IMG/VR virus record: IMGVR_UViG_3300037483_001810
Coordinates: 1-32,403 of that record
From: a virus
Taxonomy: Duplodnaviria > Caudoviricetes
Direction: 5' to 3' (one strand)
Length of the DNA stretch: 32,403 bases
Shown: piece after piece, positions 9,801 to 18,220 of the stretch
Position numbering within the stretch: position 1 is the first letter of the stretch
Layout of the letters: every line of letters begins with the position of its first letter
Made by a program: the position numbers and the translations under genes
The notes under the pieces: generated by a model
The model's input: the letters and a program-made list of their open reading frames with translations, nothing else
What the model was told of the DNA's origin: nothing
Database searches by the model: none

Positions 9801-10477
9801 TAGACGCCTCCGCCCATAACCCAACCGCCTTCACCATGAACATCCAACCAAAGGTGGGCGGGTCGTTCCGCTATCCAAGCGGCATGGGACTGCCAACGAA
9901 GGTCGAGGGTCCGGTCATGAACGTCGTCCGGTCCTGGCGGGGTGATTTCGGTGGCGACAACATGAACAACGTTCCCACCGGGACGAAGCAGTCCGTCGCA
10001 GGCGTCAAGGAAGGTGGGCAGGTCGACGGCGGGGATTCCCTCGACGGCCTGTTCGCTGATGATCCAATCGAACCGTCCCTGCTGACCGGCGCCAGCTGTG
10101 CGTAGCTGAGTGCGGGCGTCAGCGGCGAGAATGTCAATGTCGAGGATCAGTGGGGCAATATCCGGTCGGGCGTTGGTGGCTTTCTCCGCTTGGATCCACG
10201 GTGAAACCTCGGTACCCCAAATACGGTTGTGGTTGAACGTGTCGACGATCGTTTCGATGATCCACCCGAACCCGCAACCAACGACGAGGACCTGGGAGGC
10301 CGGGTTGGCGGCGCCGGGCATGGTGAGACCCCACTGGCGGGCCCGCTCGATCCAAGCTTTCTGTGATCTGTCAGGGCCTAACAGGTTTCGCCGGTAGGAC
10401 GGTTGGCGGATGCCAAGTGACGGGTTCCACCGTTGGTATGCGGCGTCGTAGTCGGCTTGACCCCAAACTGCTGGCAT
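9800..10477 (-). CDS. Class I SAM-dependent methyltransferase
   Basis: Motif I VLVVGCGFG, motif II IWGTEVS, post-II RFDWIISE and LLRPGG. Likely start MPAVW at 10477. Confidence 0.8.
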   Translation of the reverse strand: MPAVWGQADYDAAYQRWNPSLGIRQPSYRRNLLGPDRSQKAWIERARQWGLTMPGAANPASQVLVVGCGFGWIIETIVDTFNHNRIWGTEVSPWIQAEKATNARPDIAPLILDIDILAADARTQLRTAGAGQQGRFDWIISEQAVEGIPAVDLPTFLDACDGLLRPGGNVVHVVATEITPPGPDDVHDRTLDLRWQSHAAWIAERPAHLWLDVHGEGGWVMGGGV

Positions 10478-10497
10478 ACCGCGACCCTTCTCACGTG

Positions 10498-10540
10498 GTG
10501 CTCGGTGTCGGGCCCCAGATAGAAACCCGACACCGAGCAC
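10498..10540. terminator. Intergenic stem-loop (15-bp perfect inverted repeat)
   Basis: GTGCTCGGTGTCGGG / CCCGACACCGAGCAC, 13-nt loop, no U-tract. Terminator, attenuator or mRNA-stabilising hairpin. Confidence 0.55.
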
Positions 10541-10546
10541 ACGAAC

Positions 10547-10984
10547 CTATGAGGACTGCCAGAACCCGTTGGTGGCGTGGAAGTCGGCCGTCACGTCGTT
10601 GCCGTCAGCTGTAACCGCAAAGTCATGTGCCGACAACACCGGCCGGACCGCGTCTGAGGCGCCATCCTCACAGACGAGAATGTCAGTCACGTTGTTACCG
10701 GCAGTCGGACCTGTCCATGTCTGATCAGGGACGATCACCTTGACCAAATCCGACGAATCGTCCACCGTCAGGGTGATCGTTCCGTTGGTGATCACCTTCC
10801 GCGACCAGGTGGTGGTCTGCTCGGTGGTACCAGCCAACCCCAACACAGTCGACAGGTCGGGGCCGGCGTCCTTCACAGTCGCGTCAGCATCCATGGCGGA
10901 CAGGGGGATGATGATCAGGTCGGCACCATCCGCCACCTTCTCAGCGATACGACCCAACGCGTCGTTGAGTACGAAGTCACCCAT
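10547..10984 (-). CDS. Acidic beta-rich putative structural protein (possible fibre subunit)
   Basis: 145 aa, Asp/Thr-rich, ending AVTADGNDVTADFHATNGFWQSS. Lies in the head operon upstream of the repeat protein. Confidence 0.65.
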   Translation of the reverse strand: MGDFVLNDALGRIAEKVADGADLIIIPLSAMDADATVKDAGPDLSTVLGLAGTTEQTTTWSRKVITNGTITLTVDDSSDLVKVIVPDQTWTGPTAGNNVTDILVCEDGASDAVRPVLSAHDFAVTADGNDVTADFHATNGFWQSS

Positions 10985-11301
10985 TAGGCGTCACCTCCCT
11001 TGCCGGCCTTCTCACCGGATTTGGCGGGTCCGACCTTGACCCGCTGCTCGCCACGTTTCAACGCTCGAGACAACGCCTTCTCAGCTGCTGCCACCGCTTC
11101 CTGCGCGGTCACCTGCTGGTCGGCCGTTTTGGCGTTGTAGGAGCGGAACGCCTCACGAGACAACTCGGCCCGCTTGGCCCGACGTTCCTCGAGAAGAGCA
11201 TCGAACACCCTGTGCGCCTCCGCCACCGTCTGGACGAGCTCGTCGACCGTCGGATCCTTGACCGGTTCCGCACCGGCTGGAATATTCACAATCTTCGGCA
11301 T
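10984..11301 (-). CDS. Hypothetical coiled-coil protein
   Basis: 105 aa, coupled to both neighbours (TGATG, TAATG). Confidence 0.75.
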   Translation of the reverse strand: MPKIVNIPAGAEPVKDPTVDELVQTVAEAHRVFDALLEERRAKRAELSREAFRSYNAKTADQQVTAQEAVAAAEKALSRALKRGEQRVKVGPAKSGEKAGKGGDA

Positions 11302-11519
11302 CAGGACACCTCACCGTCTGGGACCGCAGTTGCCTGCTCACCTTTCGGTTCGGTGGGCTTCTTGGCGGTGGGCTTCTTGGCGGTCGAAGGTTCTTCTGCC
11401 AGTTTGGCGGCGATCAGCTGTTTCGCTTCGTCAGCGGACACATCGATCGTCTTGCCTGGCTCCGGCCACCTCGCACCATTGCGGGTGCCCGACACTTGGA
11501 CTTTCATTTTCACTTTCAT
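11301..11519 (-). CDS. Small protein following the major capsid gene
   Basis: AAGGA RBS; MKVKMKVQVSGTRNGARWPEPGKTIDVSADEAKQLIAAKLAE, a type commonly found after capsid genes; KKPTA tandem repeat. Confidence 0.75.
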   Translation of the reverse strand: MKVKMKVQVSGTRNGARWPEPGKTIDVSADEAKQLIAAKLAEEPSTAKKPTAKKPTEPKGEQATAVPDGEVS

Positions 11520-11535
11520 CGGTTGGTCCTTTCGT

Positions 11536-11574
11536 AATGTGGGTAGAGGAGAGTCGTCCTCCTCTACCCACATT
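11536..11574. terminator. Stem-loop downstream of the major capsid gene (16-bp perfect inverted repeat)
   Basis: AATGTGGGTAGAGGAG / CTCCTCTACCCACATT with a 7-nt loop. Confidence 0.6.
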
Positions 11575-11594
11575 CAGTCGGTCGACGTGTCGGT

Positions 11595-12827
11595 CTAGGC
11601 GGCGTTACCGATGAAGTGCTTCACCGCTCCCGTCTGGTCGATCAGGTTCCCATCCGTGCGGAGAATGAACCGGATCGTTGCCAGATCGGCATCGAACGCG
11701 AAGTCGTCGGACCGTTCGATCCGGACACCGTTGACGTCACGGATCGCATAGGCCGAGAAGTCGCCGAACAGGACCGACTTGGCTGACAAGGCCGGGACGG
11801 CCACGTTCGGGTCGGACACGACTTCCTTCCCGAGCAGCATGTCGGGCACGTCGACGGCGAGGCCGGGCTGCCACAGATACTGGTCGGTGGTGTCCTTCAA
11901 CTTCCGGGCTGCAGCCAACGCCGTGTCGGACATGAGCCACTTGCCGTTCGCCCGGTAGGCCTGAATGACACTGAAGTACAGGTCGATCAGCTCGTCAGCA
12001 GTGAACGCACCTGCCACACCTGCACCACCGGTCACACCCAACACCGACGCGGTGACGACACCGTTGGGCTGGCCGGTTCCGGTACCGGTGACGAAGTGTG
12101 CTCCGGAACCGTTCCCGAGAGCACGGCCACCCTGCCGTGACAGGTAGCCGAGCAGGTCGACACCCGAATCGGTCAGCAGCTCGGTGGAGAGCTGTGTCAG
12201 GAACGCATACTTGTATGCACCCAACGTGATCTGACCGAACGCCGGATCCGACGCGGAGATCGTGCCGGCTTCGGCGATGATGCCCGCCGTCGAATGGGAG
12301 GTGGTCTTCGGGACTTGGATGTCCTCACCGGATTCGGTGGTCAGGACCGTGGCTCCGGCCCGACGGATAGCGGACACGTCGATCATGTGTTCCCACAGAC
12401 GATTGACGAACCCGGTCGGGATCACATTCCCACCGGCACCGGCCGACAGGCCGGACAGGACACGCTTCTCAGCGGTGTTCCGTTTGAACTCGACGGACTT
12501 CACTTCACCGGCGAAAAGTTTGCGAAGCTCAGCTGCGTCGCGGGTATCCGGATCGGCCGGCTGACCGTCACCACGCAGGGTGCCGGCTTCCGGTTGGAAC
12601 TCGGCGCGCATGGCATCAGCTGCCGTGTTGCGATCCTCGAGGGCCTTCAGTTCGGCGATGCGCTTGTCGAGACGGTTGATCTCACCTTCGGCACCGGCGA
12701 GCCGATCCCACTGTTCCTGCTCCTCGGCGGACAGGTCCCGGTTCTCGTCGTCGGCCCGGTCGTTGATTGTCTTGGCTTGCTCCCACAGCGTCGCGCGCTG
12801 TTCGAGGAGCCGCTTAATGCGTTCCAT
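11595..12827 (-). CDS. Major capsid protein, HK97 family, with N-terminal delta (scaffold) domain
   Basis: Coiled-coil N-terminus, GGNVIPTGF, LSTELLTDS, LKDTTDQYLWQP and VLFGDFSAY motifs. Confidence 0.97.
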   Translation of the reverse strand: MERIKRLLEQRATLWEQAKTINDRADDENRDLSAEEQEQWDRLAGAEGEINRLDKRIAELKALEDRNTAADAMRAEFQPEAGTLRGDGQPADPDTRDAAELRKLFAGEVKSVEFKRNTAEKRVLSGLSAGAGGNVIPTGFVNRLWEHMIDVSAIRRAGATVLTTESGEDIQVPKTTSHSTAGIIAEAGTISASDPAFGQITLGAYKYAFLTQLSTELLTDSGVDLLGYLSRQGGRALGNGSGAHFVTGTGTGQPNGVVTASVLGVTGGAGVAGAFTADELIDLYFSVIQAYRANGKWLMSDTALAAARKLKDTTDQYLWQPGLAVDVPDMLLGKEVVSDPNVAVPALSAKSVLFGDFSAYAIRDVNGVRIERSDDFAFDADLATIRFILRTDGNLIDQTGAVKHFIGNAA

Positions 12828-12853
12828 CAGAATTCTCCTGAAGTTGAAGGGGT

Positions 12854-13714
12854 TTATCCGGCGAGGCGTAGCAGTTCGAGTCGCCGAGCTCGAGCAGCTG
12901 TGTGCGCCTGGGACGGCCCGTCAGATGTGTTCACGGCCGAAGCGGTGGACACGGTCTCGGGTGTGCCAGTAGCGGCATCAGCACTGCAAACTTGGGTCCG
13001 AAGGTTGGGTTGACGGGCAAACAGGGCACGCACCTGTGCCTCAATGTTGGAAGGGTCAGCAAGGAAGTCTGAGGCGTAGGCAGCCCGTTTGTGGGCTTGG
13101 GATACGCCGGCAGTCTGAAGGGTGACGTCCATAGCCCGCAGCGACGCAGCCTCCACCGTCGTCTGGGTGAACGCCGGGAACGTGACCGGACCGACCTCGA
13201 ACAGTTCCGCTTCGAGGATGGTCCGTTTCGCCACCTCAAGGTCGTTGTCGTCTGTGGGTTCGTCCCACCGTTCCGACACAACCCGGAACCACACCGACGA
13301 CCCGGAGATGTCCTGTCGGGACACCTGAGCATGAGTGGCCATCGCGTTCGGGTCGTCCGGGTTGATGTCCACCTCATACCAAAGGCCCTCATCCCGGTCC
13401 TCCAGGAGGAGTGTGCCGGCGGTGGTGCGGCCGAGCAGCCAGTTCACATCATGGTTCTTCATCGACCGGATATCGGCGTCACGGGAGATTGTGTTCTTCC
13501 ATGCACCGGCAGCGACCTCTTCGTCCCATTCAGCCCACCACCCTTTGATCCGGGTGGTTTGCCCGTACACCGAACCGAGACCGACAATCCGAGGGGTGGA
13601 CTCGTCACCGGCAGCCCGGGCTTCGAGCACATCGGCGGGCAGGGTACGAACTTCGAGACCTCCCGGGCCGAGTTCCCTTTCAAACCCTTCTGGAGCAGCA
13701 ATACGTGTCGTCAT
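12854..13714 (-). CDS. HK97-family prohead protease
   Basis: NHDVNWLLGRTTAGTLLLEDRDEGL, GSSVWF and LFEVGPVTFPAF motifs. Confidence 0.95.
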   Translation of the reverse strand: MTTRIAAPEGFERELGPGGLEVRTLPADVLEARAAGDESTPRIVGLGSVYGQTTRIKGWWAEWDEEVAAGAWKNTISRDADIRSMKNHDVNWLLGRTTAGTLLLEDRDEGLWYEVDINPDDPNAMATHAQVSRQDISGSSVWFRVVSERWDEPTDDNDLEVAKRTILEAELFEVGPVTFPAFTQTTVEAASLRAMDVTLQTAGVSQAHKRAAYASDFLADPSNIEAQVRALFARQPNLRTQVCSADAATGTPETVSTASAVNTSDGPSQAHTAARARRLELLRLAG

Positions 13715-13723
13715 GAGAGTGTC

Positions 13724-15049
13724 CTACTCCTTGTCTTTGAGTGTCACGGGGAGAAGTCCGAGGTGCTCGATCGGGTCCAGGCCCACAGCGCTCAACGCTG
13801 CGCCAGGGGTGAAACCTGACCGGATGAGGACACCGGCAGCATCCACCTTCGCTTTCGTCTCTACCGTGTTCGAACCCGTCAATGGTTCGACGGGTAAAAC
13901 CGATGTGGGCCGATAGAAGATCGCACCCAAACCGTCTGGCACGGGTGCATTGTCTTCCAGTTGGCGGATCTGGTCGACGTTCATGAACCCCGCTTTCAGA
14001 GCTACGGCATGGCTCTCATATCGGGTTTTGAGGTCGGTGCGGAGCAGTGCCCCAGTGTTGAACTTGGCGAACTGATCTGGTGGAAGGTTGGCTGTCCACC
14101 AGCTCTCGAACATTGTCAACCACGGTTGAACGGCATAGGTGAGGAAGTCAAGTGACCTCTGTTCACGGTTGGCGTAGGTGACTGATGAACCTTGCACAGC
14201 CACACCGATCATCTCTGGTGGAACCCGAAACGCCTGTGCAATATCTACGCCTATCCGGTTCCATGCTTCGACGAGCTGCGAATCGTCGGGAGTGGCCTGG
14301 ATCGATTCGTATTTCCATCCGCCGGCCAGCACTCCGGGTTCTCTACCTCGAATCGACTCGACAAACCGCTGTTTGATCGTCTTCGCTTTCGACCCGTCCG
14401 TGTCGTTCAGGGGGGTGTCGTTGGAGAGGATGGCTGAAGGGTGGGCTCCGTCACCAAACCATGAGGCAGCGAAATCACGGGCTGCGATCGCCACCCCGAT
14501 CAGCTCCTTGTGCCTGTCCAGAGGGGAGATACCTACTGCGCTGCCCGGCATCGCGTACCGGCGCAGATGATGAACCCGCGTCGCTGAGACAGGCCTCCCC
14601 GAAATCAGATAGGTGGGACGTTCCAGCTGGGACGCCTGCTCGACCGTGACTGCGACCGGGGAGATAATCTCGACCACTTCCGGATAGTCATCGAGGGCTG
14701 TCTGGGACATTTCGAGTCCGTACACGTTGCCCCACAACGCACCCGAAATGACTCCCTGGAACAGCCACTCGCGACGGTCGTAGATCAACGACGGGGACCG
14801 CACCAGGCCAGGTTCCGGTTCGATCTGTGTACGAACACCATCTGTGGATCGCCTGTACACGTCGACAGGCAGCGCCGAGATCACATCAGCCAGGAGCGTG
14901 ACCGAGGCCCACACTGCTGCAACGCCCAGCGCCTTCTCGGGAGTGACCGTCACCCCCGCCTTCGTACCTCGACCGAACAGGTCACCGCCCGCTATCCACG
15001 GCAGAGACGTCACCGCGCGCCGTTCGGGTTGGGCTCGAAGCAGCATCAT
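13724..15049 (-). CDS. Portal protein, HK97 family
   Basis: ALGVAAVWASVTLLADVISALP, LWGNVY, GISP, IAQAFRVPPEMIG and LLRTDLKTRYE motifs. Confidence 0.96.
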   Translation of the reverse strand: MMLLRAQPERRAVTSLPWIAGGDLFGRGTKAGVTVTPEKALGVAAVWASVTLLADVISALPVDVYRRSTDGVRTQIEPEPGLVRSPSLIYDRREWLFQGVISGALWGNVYGLEMSQTALDDYPEVVEIISPVAVTVEQASQLERPTYLISGRPVSATRVHHLRRYAMPGSAVGISPLDRHKELIGVAIAARDFAASWFGDGAHPSAILSNDTPLNDTDGSKAKTIKQRFVESIRGREPGVLAGGWKYESIQATPDDSQLVEAWNRIGVDIAQAFRVPPEMIGVAVQGSSVTYANREQRSLDFLTYAVQPWLTMFESWWTANLPPDQFAKFNTGALLRTDLKTRYESHAVALKAGFMNVDQIRQLEDNAPVPDGLGAIFYRPTSVLPVEPLTGSNTVETKAKVDAAGVLIRSGFTPGAALSAVGLDPIEHLGLLPVTLKDKE

Positions 15050-15201
15050 TTGCTTCGACTTTCGACAAGCAACGGAAGTTCACGGCCGACGATCAGGAGA
15101 GCCACACCGGCTGACATCAGGCCCCCAACGAGCCCTAACCAGACGCCGCAGGCCGCCACGATCAGAGCGAGACCGGTCGCAGAGATGAGCAATGAGAGCA
15201 A
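15046..15201 (-). CDS. Small two-helix membrane protein between terminase and portal
   Basis: GGAGG RBS with TTG start; MLSLLISATGLALIVAACGVWLGLVGGLMSAGVALLIVGRELPLLVESRSK; stop overlaps the portal ATG. Confidence 0.7.
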   Translation of the reverse strand: MLSLLISATGLALIVAACGVWLGLVGGLMSAGVALLIVGRELPLLVESRSK

Positions 15202-15210
15202 TTGGGCCTC

Positions 15211-16830
15211 CTACCAGATGTTCGCTAACGGATCGATGTCCTCGACCGCGTTGAGCAGGTGCCAGCCGGCCCGGTTGTGGGCGATGGCAGCTGCTACTGC
15301 AGCGTCGATCTTGTCAGGTGAATCATCCGCTGATTTCGTGATGACCGTGTACCCGCGGCGCAGAACCGGGACCGCGTTGCCGACATGACGTCGAAGGACC
15401 TCGGAGCCGTCGTGGGTGGAGGTGGGGGTGTCGTCGGCGAAGGCTTGGAAAAAGTCGTCGCAGGCGGCCGCCGACCGTTTCCATTGGTTCCATTCGAACC
15501 GGACGATCGTTTCGTCACCGTAGGTGTCTTCGAGGTCTTCGATCTCTCGATGCCAGCCGGCCGGGTCGGGAGCGAACTCGGCTACGTCCCACCGTCCCAT
15601 CGCCGCGTCGATTTCGTCTACGACTTCGTTGCGGGGTGCCCGCCAGTCCTTGGCATCGGCCGGTTTCTCCCACACCTTCACTGTGAACACGAACCGTTTC
15701 TTAGCGACGGTGCATCCCATCAGTGCGGTGGAGTCACGGTTGTATGATCCGTCGAACCCGAGCACGATCCTGGTTCCGTCCTTCGGCCAGGTCGACCGTT
15801 TCCGGGCTGACGTTTCGAACACCCCTGGTTTGAACCATTGGTCACGAGTCCGGCGGGGCTGGTTCAGCCAGTAGCGTCGGTGGCGGGCTTCGGACCATTT
15901 CGGATCTGCATGCAACGCCATGATCGAATCAATGTCAGCCCACTCGATCGCATCCCCGGACGCTTCGACCACTGCCGCCCGCAGGCCTCGTTTGGTTGTC
16001 AGGTCGTGTTTCTCGGAGGCTTGCCGATGATCGAACAGGCGGTTGGGTTGCGCGCCTGGATGACGTATCGCTTCGAGGGCAGCCTCATGGGAGGACTCGG
16101 CGATCGACCCTTCACCCGGCCCATACATGGTGGTCGTCTCCAACGACCAGGGGTCGGCCAGTTTCCGTTTCGGAATGTTGCCCACCATCGTCGTGTGAGC
16201 ACGAACCAGCCTGGTTGACGTGAACAAATGGGTTTCGTCGAAATGCTGAAAGGTGGTGCGGGCCCCGTCCCTAGCCGACGGAGCTGCCGCCAACGCTTTG
16301 ATCTCACCCGGCGCCGAACGGTGTTTCACCCGCTCTAACGTCACGTCGTATTCGTCGACCAGTGGACACGAGTCCTCGGTCAGGATGGCATACACCGCAC
16401 CGTAGGCCAGGTCTTCGGTCTGTTCCTCAGTGACGGCCAGCATCGGAATGTACGGGTCGCGGACCGGCCGGCCCACCGGTATCAGCTCGTCACCCTCTAA
16501 CCGCCACCCATCACAACGCACTGGTGCTTCCGGATGTGACTCGGTGATGGCAATCCACGCTGCGAACTCGGTTTTGCGGGTGCCCTTGCGCCTCGAGTAG
16601 GTGGCAGTTTTGAAACGGCGACGCCCGGCCCGACGATGACCCTTCGGGAACACCTCGTAGACCCGGTACAAGAACAGGATCTCCTCGTCGGTAAGCGTGA
16701 CCGGATCGCCGAGCACATCACCTGGACCGTGCACCAGGTTGGCTTCGATGAAGTCGCAGACTTCAGGACCGAGCGTCGGCCACGGCTGCCCGTCGAAGGG
16801 TGGGACGATCAGCCGGCTATCGGCGGTCAC
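15211..16830 (-). CDS. terL: Terminase large subunit
   Basis: Walker A variant SRRKGTRKT, Walker B QHFDETH, nuclease motifs LGFDGSYNRDSTAL and KIDAAVAA. Confidence 0.95.
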   Translation of the reverse strand: MTADSRLIVPPFDGQPWPTLGPEVCDFIEANLVHGPGDVLGDPVTLTDEEILFLYRVYEVFPKGHRRAGRRRFKTATYSRRKGTRKTEFAAWIAITESHPEAPVRCDGWRLEGDELIPVGRPVRDPYIPMLAVTEEQTEDLAYGAVYAILTEDSCPLVDEYDVTLERVKHRSAPGEIKALAAAPSARDGARTTFQHFDETHLFTSTRLVRAHTTMVGNIPKRKLADPWSLETTTMYGPGEGSIAESSHEAALEAIRHPGAQPNRLFDHRQASEKHDLTTKRGLRAAVVEASGDAIEWADIDSIMALHADPKWSEARHRRYWLNQPRRTRDQWFKPGVFETSARKRSTWPKDGTRIVLGFDGSYNRDSTALMGCTVAKKRFVFTVKVWEKPADAKDWRAPRNEVVDEIDAAMGRWDVAEFAPDPAGWHREIEDLEDTYGDETIVRFEWNQWKRSAAACDDFFQAFADDTPTSTHDGSEVLRRHVGNAVPVLRRGYTVITKSADDSPDKIDAAVAAAIAHNRAGWHLLNAVEDIDPLANIW

Positions 16831-17288
16831 TTCTTCGAACGCGGGTCACGCCGGGCCCGGGTGATCTCCGTCACCACCGCCAGCCCGGTGCTTTCCTCTG
16901 CCCCGTCGGGAAGTTGCCAACGAAAATCACGGCGACCCTTCTCCGTCAGGCCGAGCCCGTCGCGCAGGATCCGCAGTTCGTTCTGCATCGAGGCGAACCC
17001 GTTGAAGAACTCTCCCGAGTTCAAAGCGCGGGTGACCCGGTCGTAGAGGACCACCAGCTGCTGCAGGGTTGGCCAGTCAGACTCCATCCACATGTGCGCT
17101 ACCGGTGACCGCCACCACAACTCCCAGGCCTTCTTCGTGCTGGCCAAGAGGCCGCCCGAAATGCGGGGCAGATGCGGTCGCGGACCGGCATACGGTTCGG
17201 CCGGCAGGTCAACCCACTCGCCGCGCGTCGGCTTGTTGGACCGGGTCCGAGCGTCCTTCGGTTTCGGCGCAGGGCCACGTCCAGCCAT
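16827..17288 (-). CDS. terS: Terminase small subunit
   Basis: MAGRGPAPKP start, WELWWRSP and ELRILRDGLGLTEKGRRDFRW motifs typical of actinophage TerS. Confidence 0.88.
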   Translation of the reverse strand: MAGRGPAPKPKDARTRSNKPTRGEWVDLPAEPYAGPRPHLPRISGGLLASTKKAWELWWRSPVAHMWMESDWPTLQQLVVLYDRVTRALNSGEFFNGFASMQNELRILRDGLGLTEKGRRDFRWQLPDGAEESTGLAVVTEITRARRDPRSKK

Positions 17289-17413
17289 CAGCAGGAACCT
17301 CCTCAGGCAACCGGGTCTGGGAGATTCGCCCCATTGGCCCCAGACCCGTAGCCACAAAAGATGAGGGACGGAGTCTTCCGGCGACCCCGCCGATACCAGA
17401 AAAACGGCCCCCC
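17289..17413. other. Probable cos / packaging region
   Basis: Non-coding gap between HNH and terS with a G-run and a 10-bp hairpin (17312-17348). This is the usual cos location in HK97-like phages; the exact cut site cannot be identified. Confidence 0.45.
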
Positions 17414-17707
17414 CTACCCCCTGGCTCTATTGCACGACAGGTGAGTGAGGCGGAGGTTGGTGGGGTGGTCTGTGCCACCATCTGCACGGCGGGTCACATG
17501 GTCTAGGGACGGTGACCTAGGGGTCCGACCTCGCAACGCTGTCACCGGCATGTGACAGATCCCACAGACACCTTGATCTCGCTGATAGATGTCAGCGAGC
17601 AGATCTCGAGCCAGGTTGCGGTTCCGACGCCGCACGGGGGGCCCACAACTGGGGCAGCGGCGTCCCCGGGTGGGTCGGCCACATTCAAGACAAGGGCGAC
17701 GAGCCAT
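17414..17707 (-). CDS. Terminase-associated HNH endonuclease
   Basis: RDQGVCGIC, SLDHVTRRADGGTDHPTNLRLTHLSCNRARG and an N-terminal CxxC zinc ribbon; adjacent to terS. Confidence 0.92.
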   Translation of the reverse strand: MARRPCLECGRPTRGRRCPSCGPPVRRRNRNLARDLLADIYQRDQGVCGICHMPVTALRGRTPRSPSLDHVTRRADGGTDHPTNLRLTHLSCNRARG

Positions 17708-17840
17708 GAAACGGTGACCACCTTCCCAGGTTTCTGACGGAAACGGAGAGCGGGGGTGGCTGGACTCGGGACGGACCATGGTCTATCCGGCGAGGGGGAG
17801 GGAGGATACCCGGCTAGCCAAACACACCCCGATGTGGCGT

Positions 17841-18029
17841 CTAGTAGCGGCCGGCCGTCACACCCCGAGTACGAGGAAACCGGACCGGCTGATGTGCCCA
17901 ACACTCCGGACGTTTGTTATACACCGACAGGATCGTTGAGCACTCGAGCTCCGCACAGACCCGGCCAGGATCGAACCGTTTACTCGGTTGCACCGGACGG
18001 AGAACCCGGTGTATTGAAGTCGACGACAT
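17841..18029 (-). CDS. Small Cys/His zinc-finger-like protein
   Basis: GRVCAELECSTILSVYNKRPECWAH (C-x4-C ... C-x2-H); first gene after the putative late promoter. Confidence 0.65.
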   Translation of the reverse strand: MSSTSIHRVLRPVQPSKRFDPGRVCAELECSTILSVYNKRPECWAHQPVRFPRTRGVTAGRY

Positions 18030-18096
18030 AAAGGGAACGTTCACCCGGGTCACCCCCAAAGTTTCCGGCAGAAACTTTCCGCAGACAGCAAAACAC

Positions 18097-18121
18097 TACG
18101 AGGCCCCGGCGGGGCCTCGTA
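18097..18121 (-). terminator. Intrinsic terminator-like hairpin
   Basis: TACGAGGCCCC-GGC-GGGGCCTCGTA (11-bp stem) followed on the minus strand by GTGTTTT. Confidence 0.65.
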
Positions 18122-18152
18122 AGAGAACATTTGTTGTAACCCTAATAACATC

Positions 18153-18182
18153 ACTGTAGTTCACCCCGTCTGGGCATGTCAA
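18153..18182 (-). promoter_or_regulatory. Sigma-70/A-type promoter facing the late operon
   Basis: Minus strand reads TTGACA-N18-TACAGT. Confidence 0.65.
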
Positions 18183-18220
18183 CGACTATGGCAGTGTTGA
18201 CGATTCAGGGAAATGTCCCT

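Noticed and set aside
9800-10477. DNA methyltransferase of a restriction-modification system
   Set aside because: It lacks DPPY/NPPY or PC catalytic motifs and has no nuclease partner.
11351-11383. 15-bp tandem duplication (KKPTA x2)
   Set aside because: An ordinary low-complexity tail of a small capsid-associated protein.
383-17506. Numerous plus-strand ORFs opposite the structural genes
   Set aside because: They are antisense shadows of high-GC coding sequence with no recognisable motifs.
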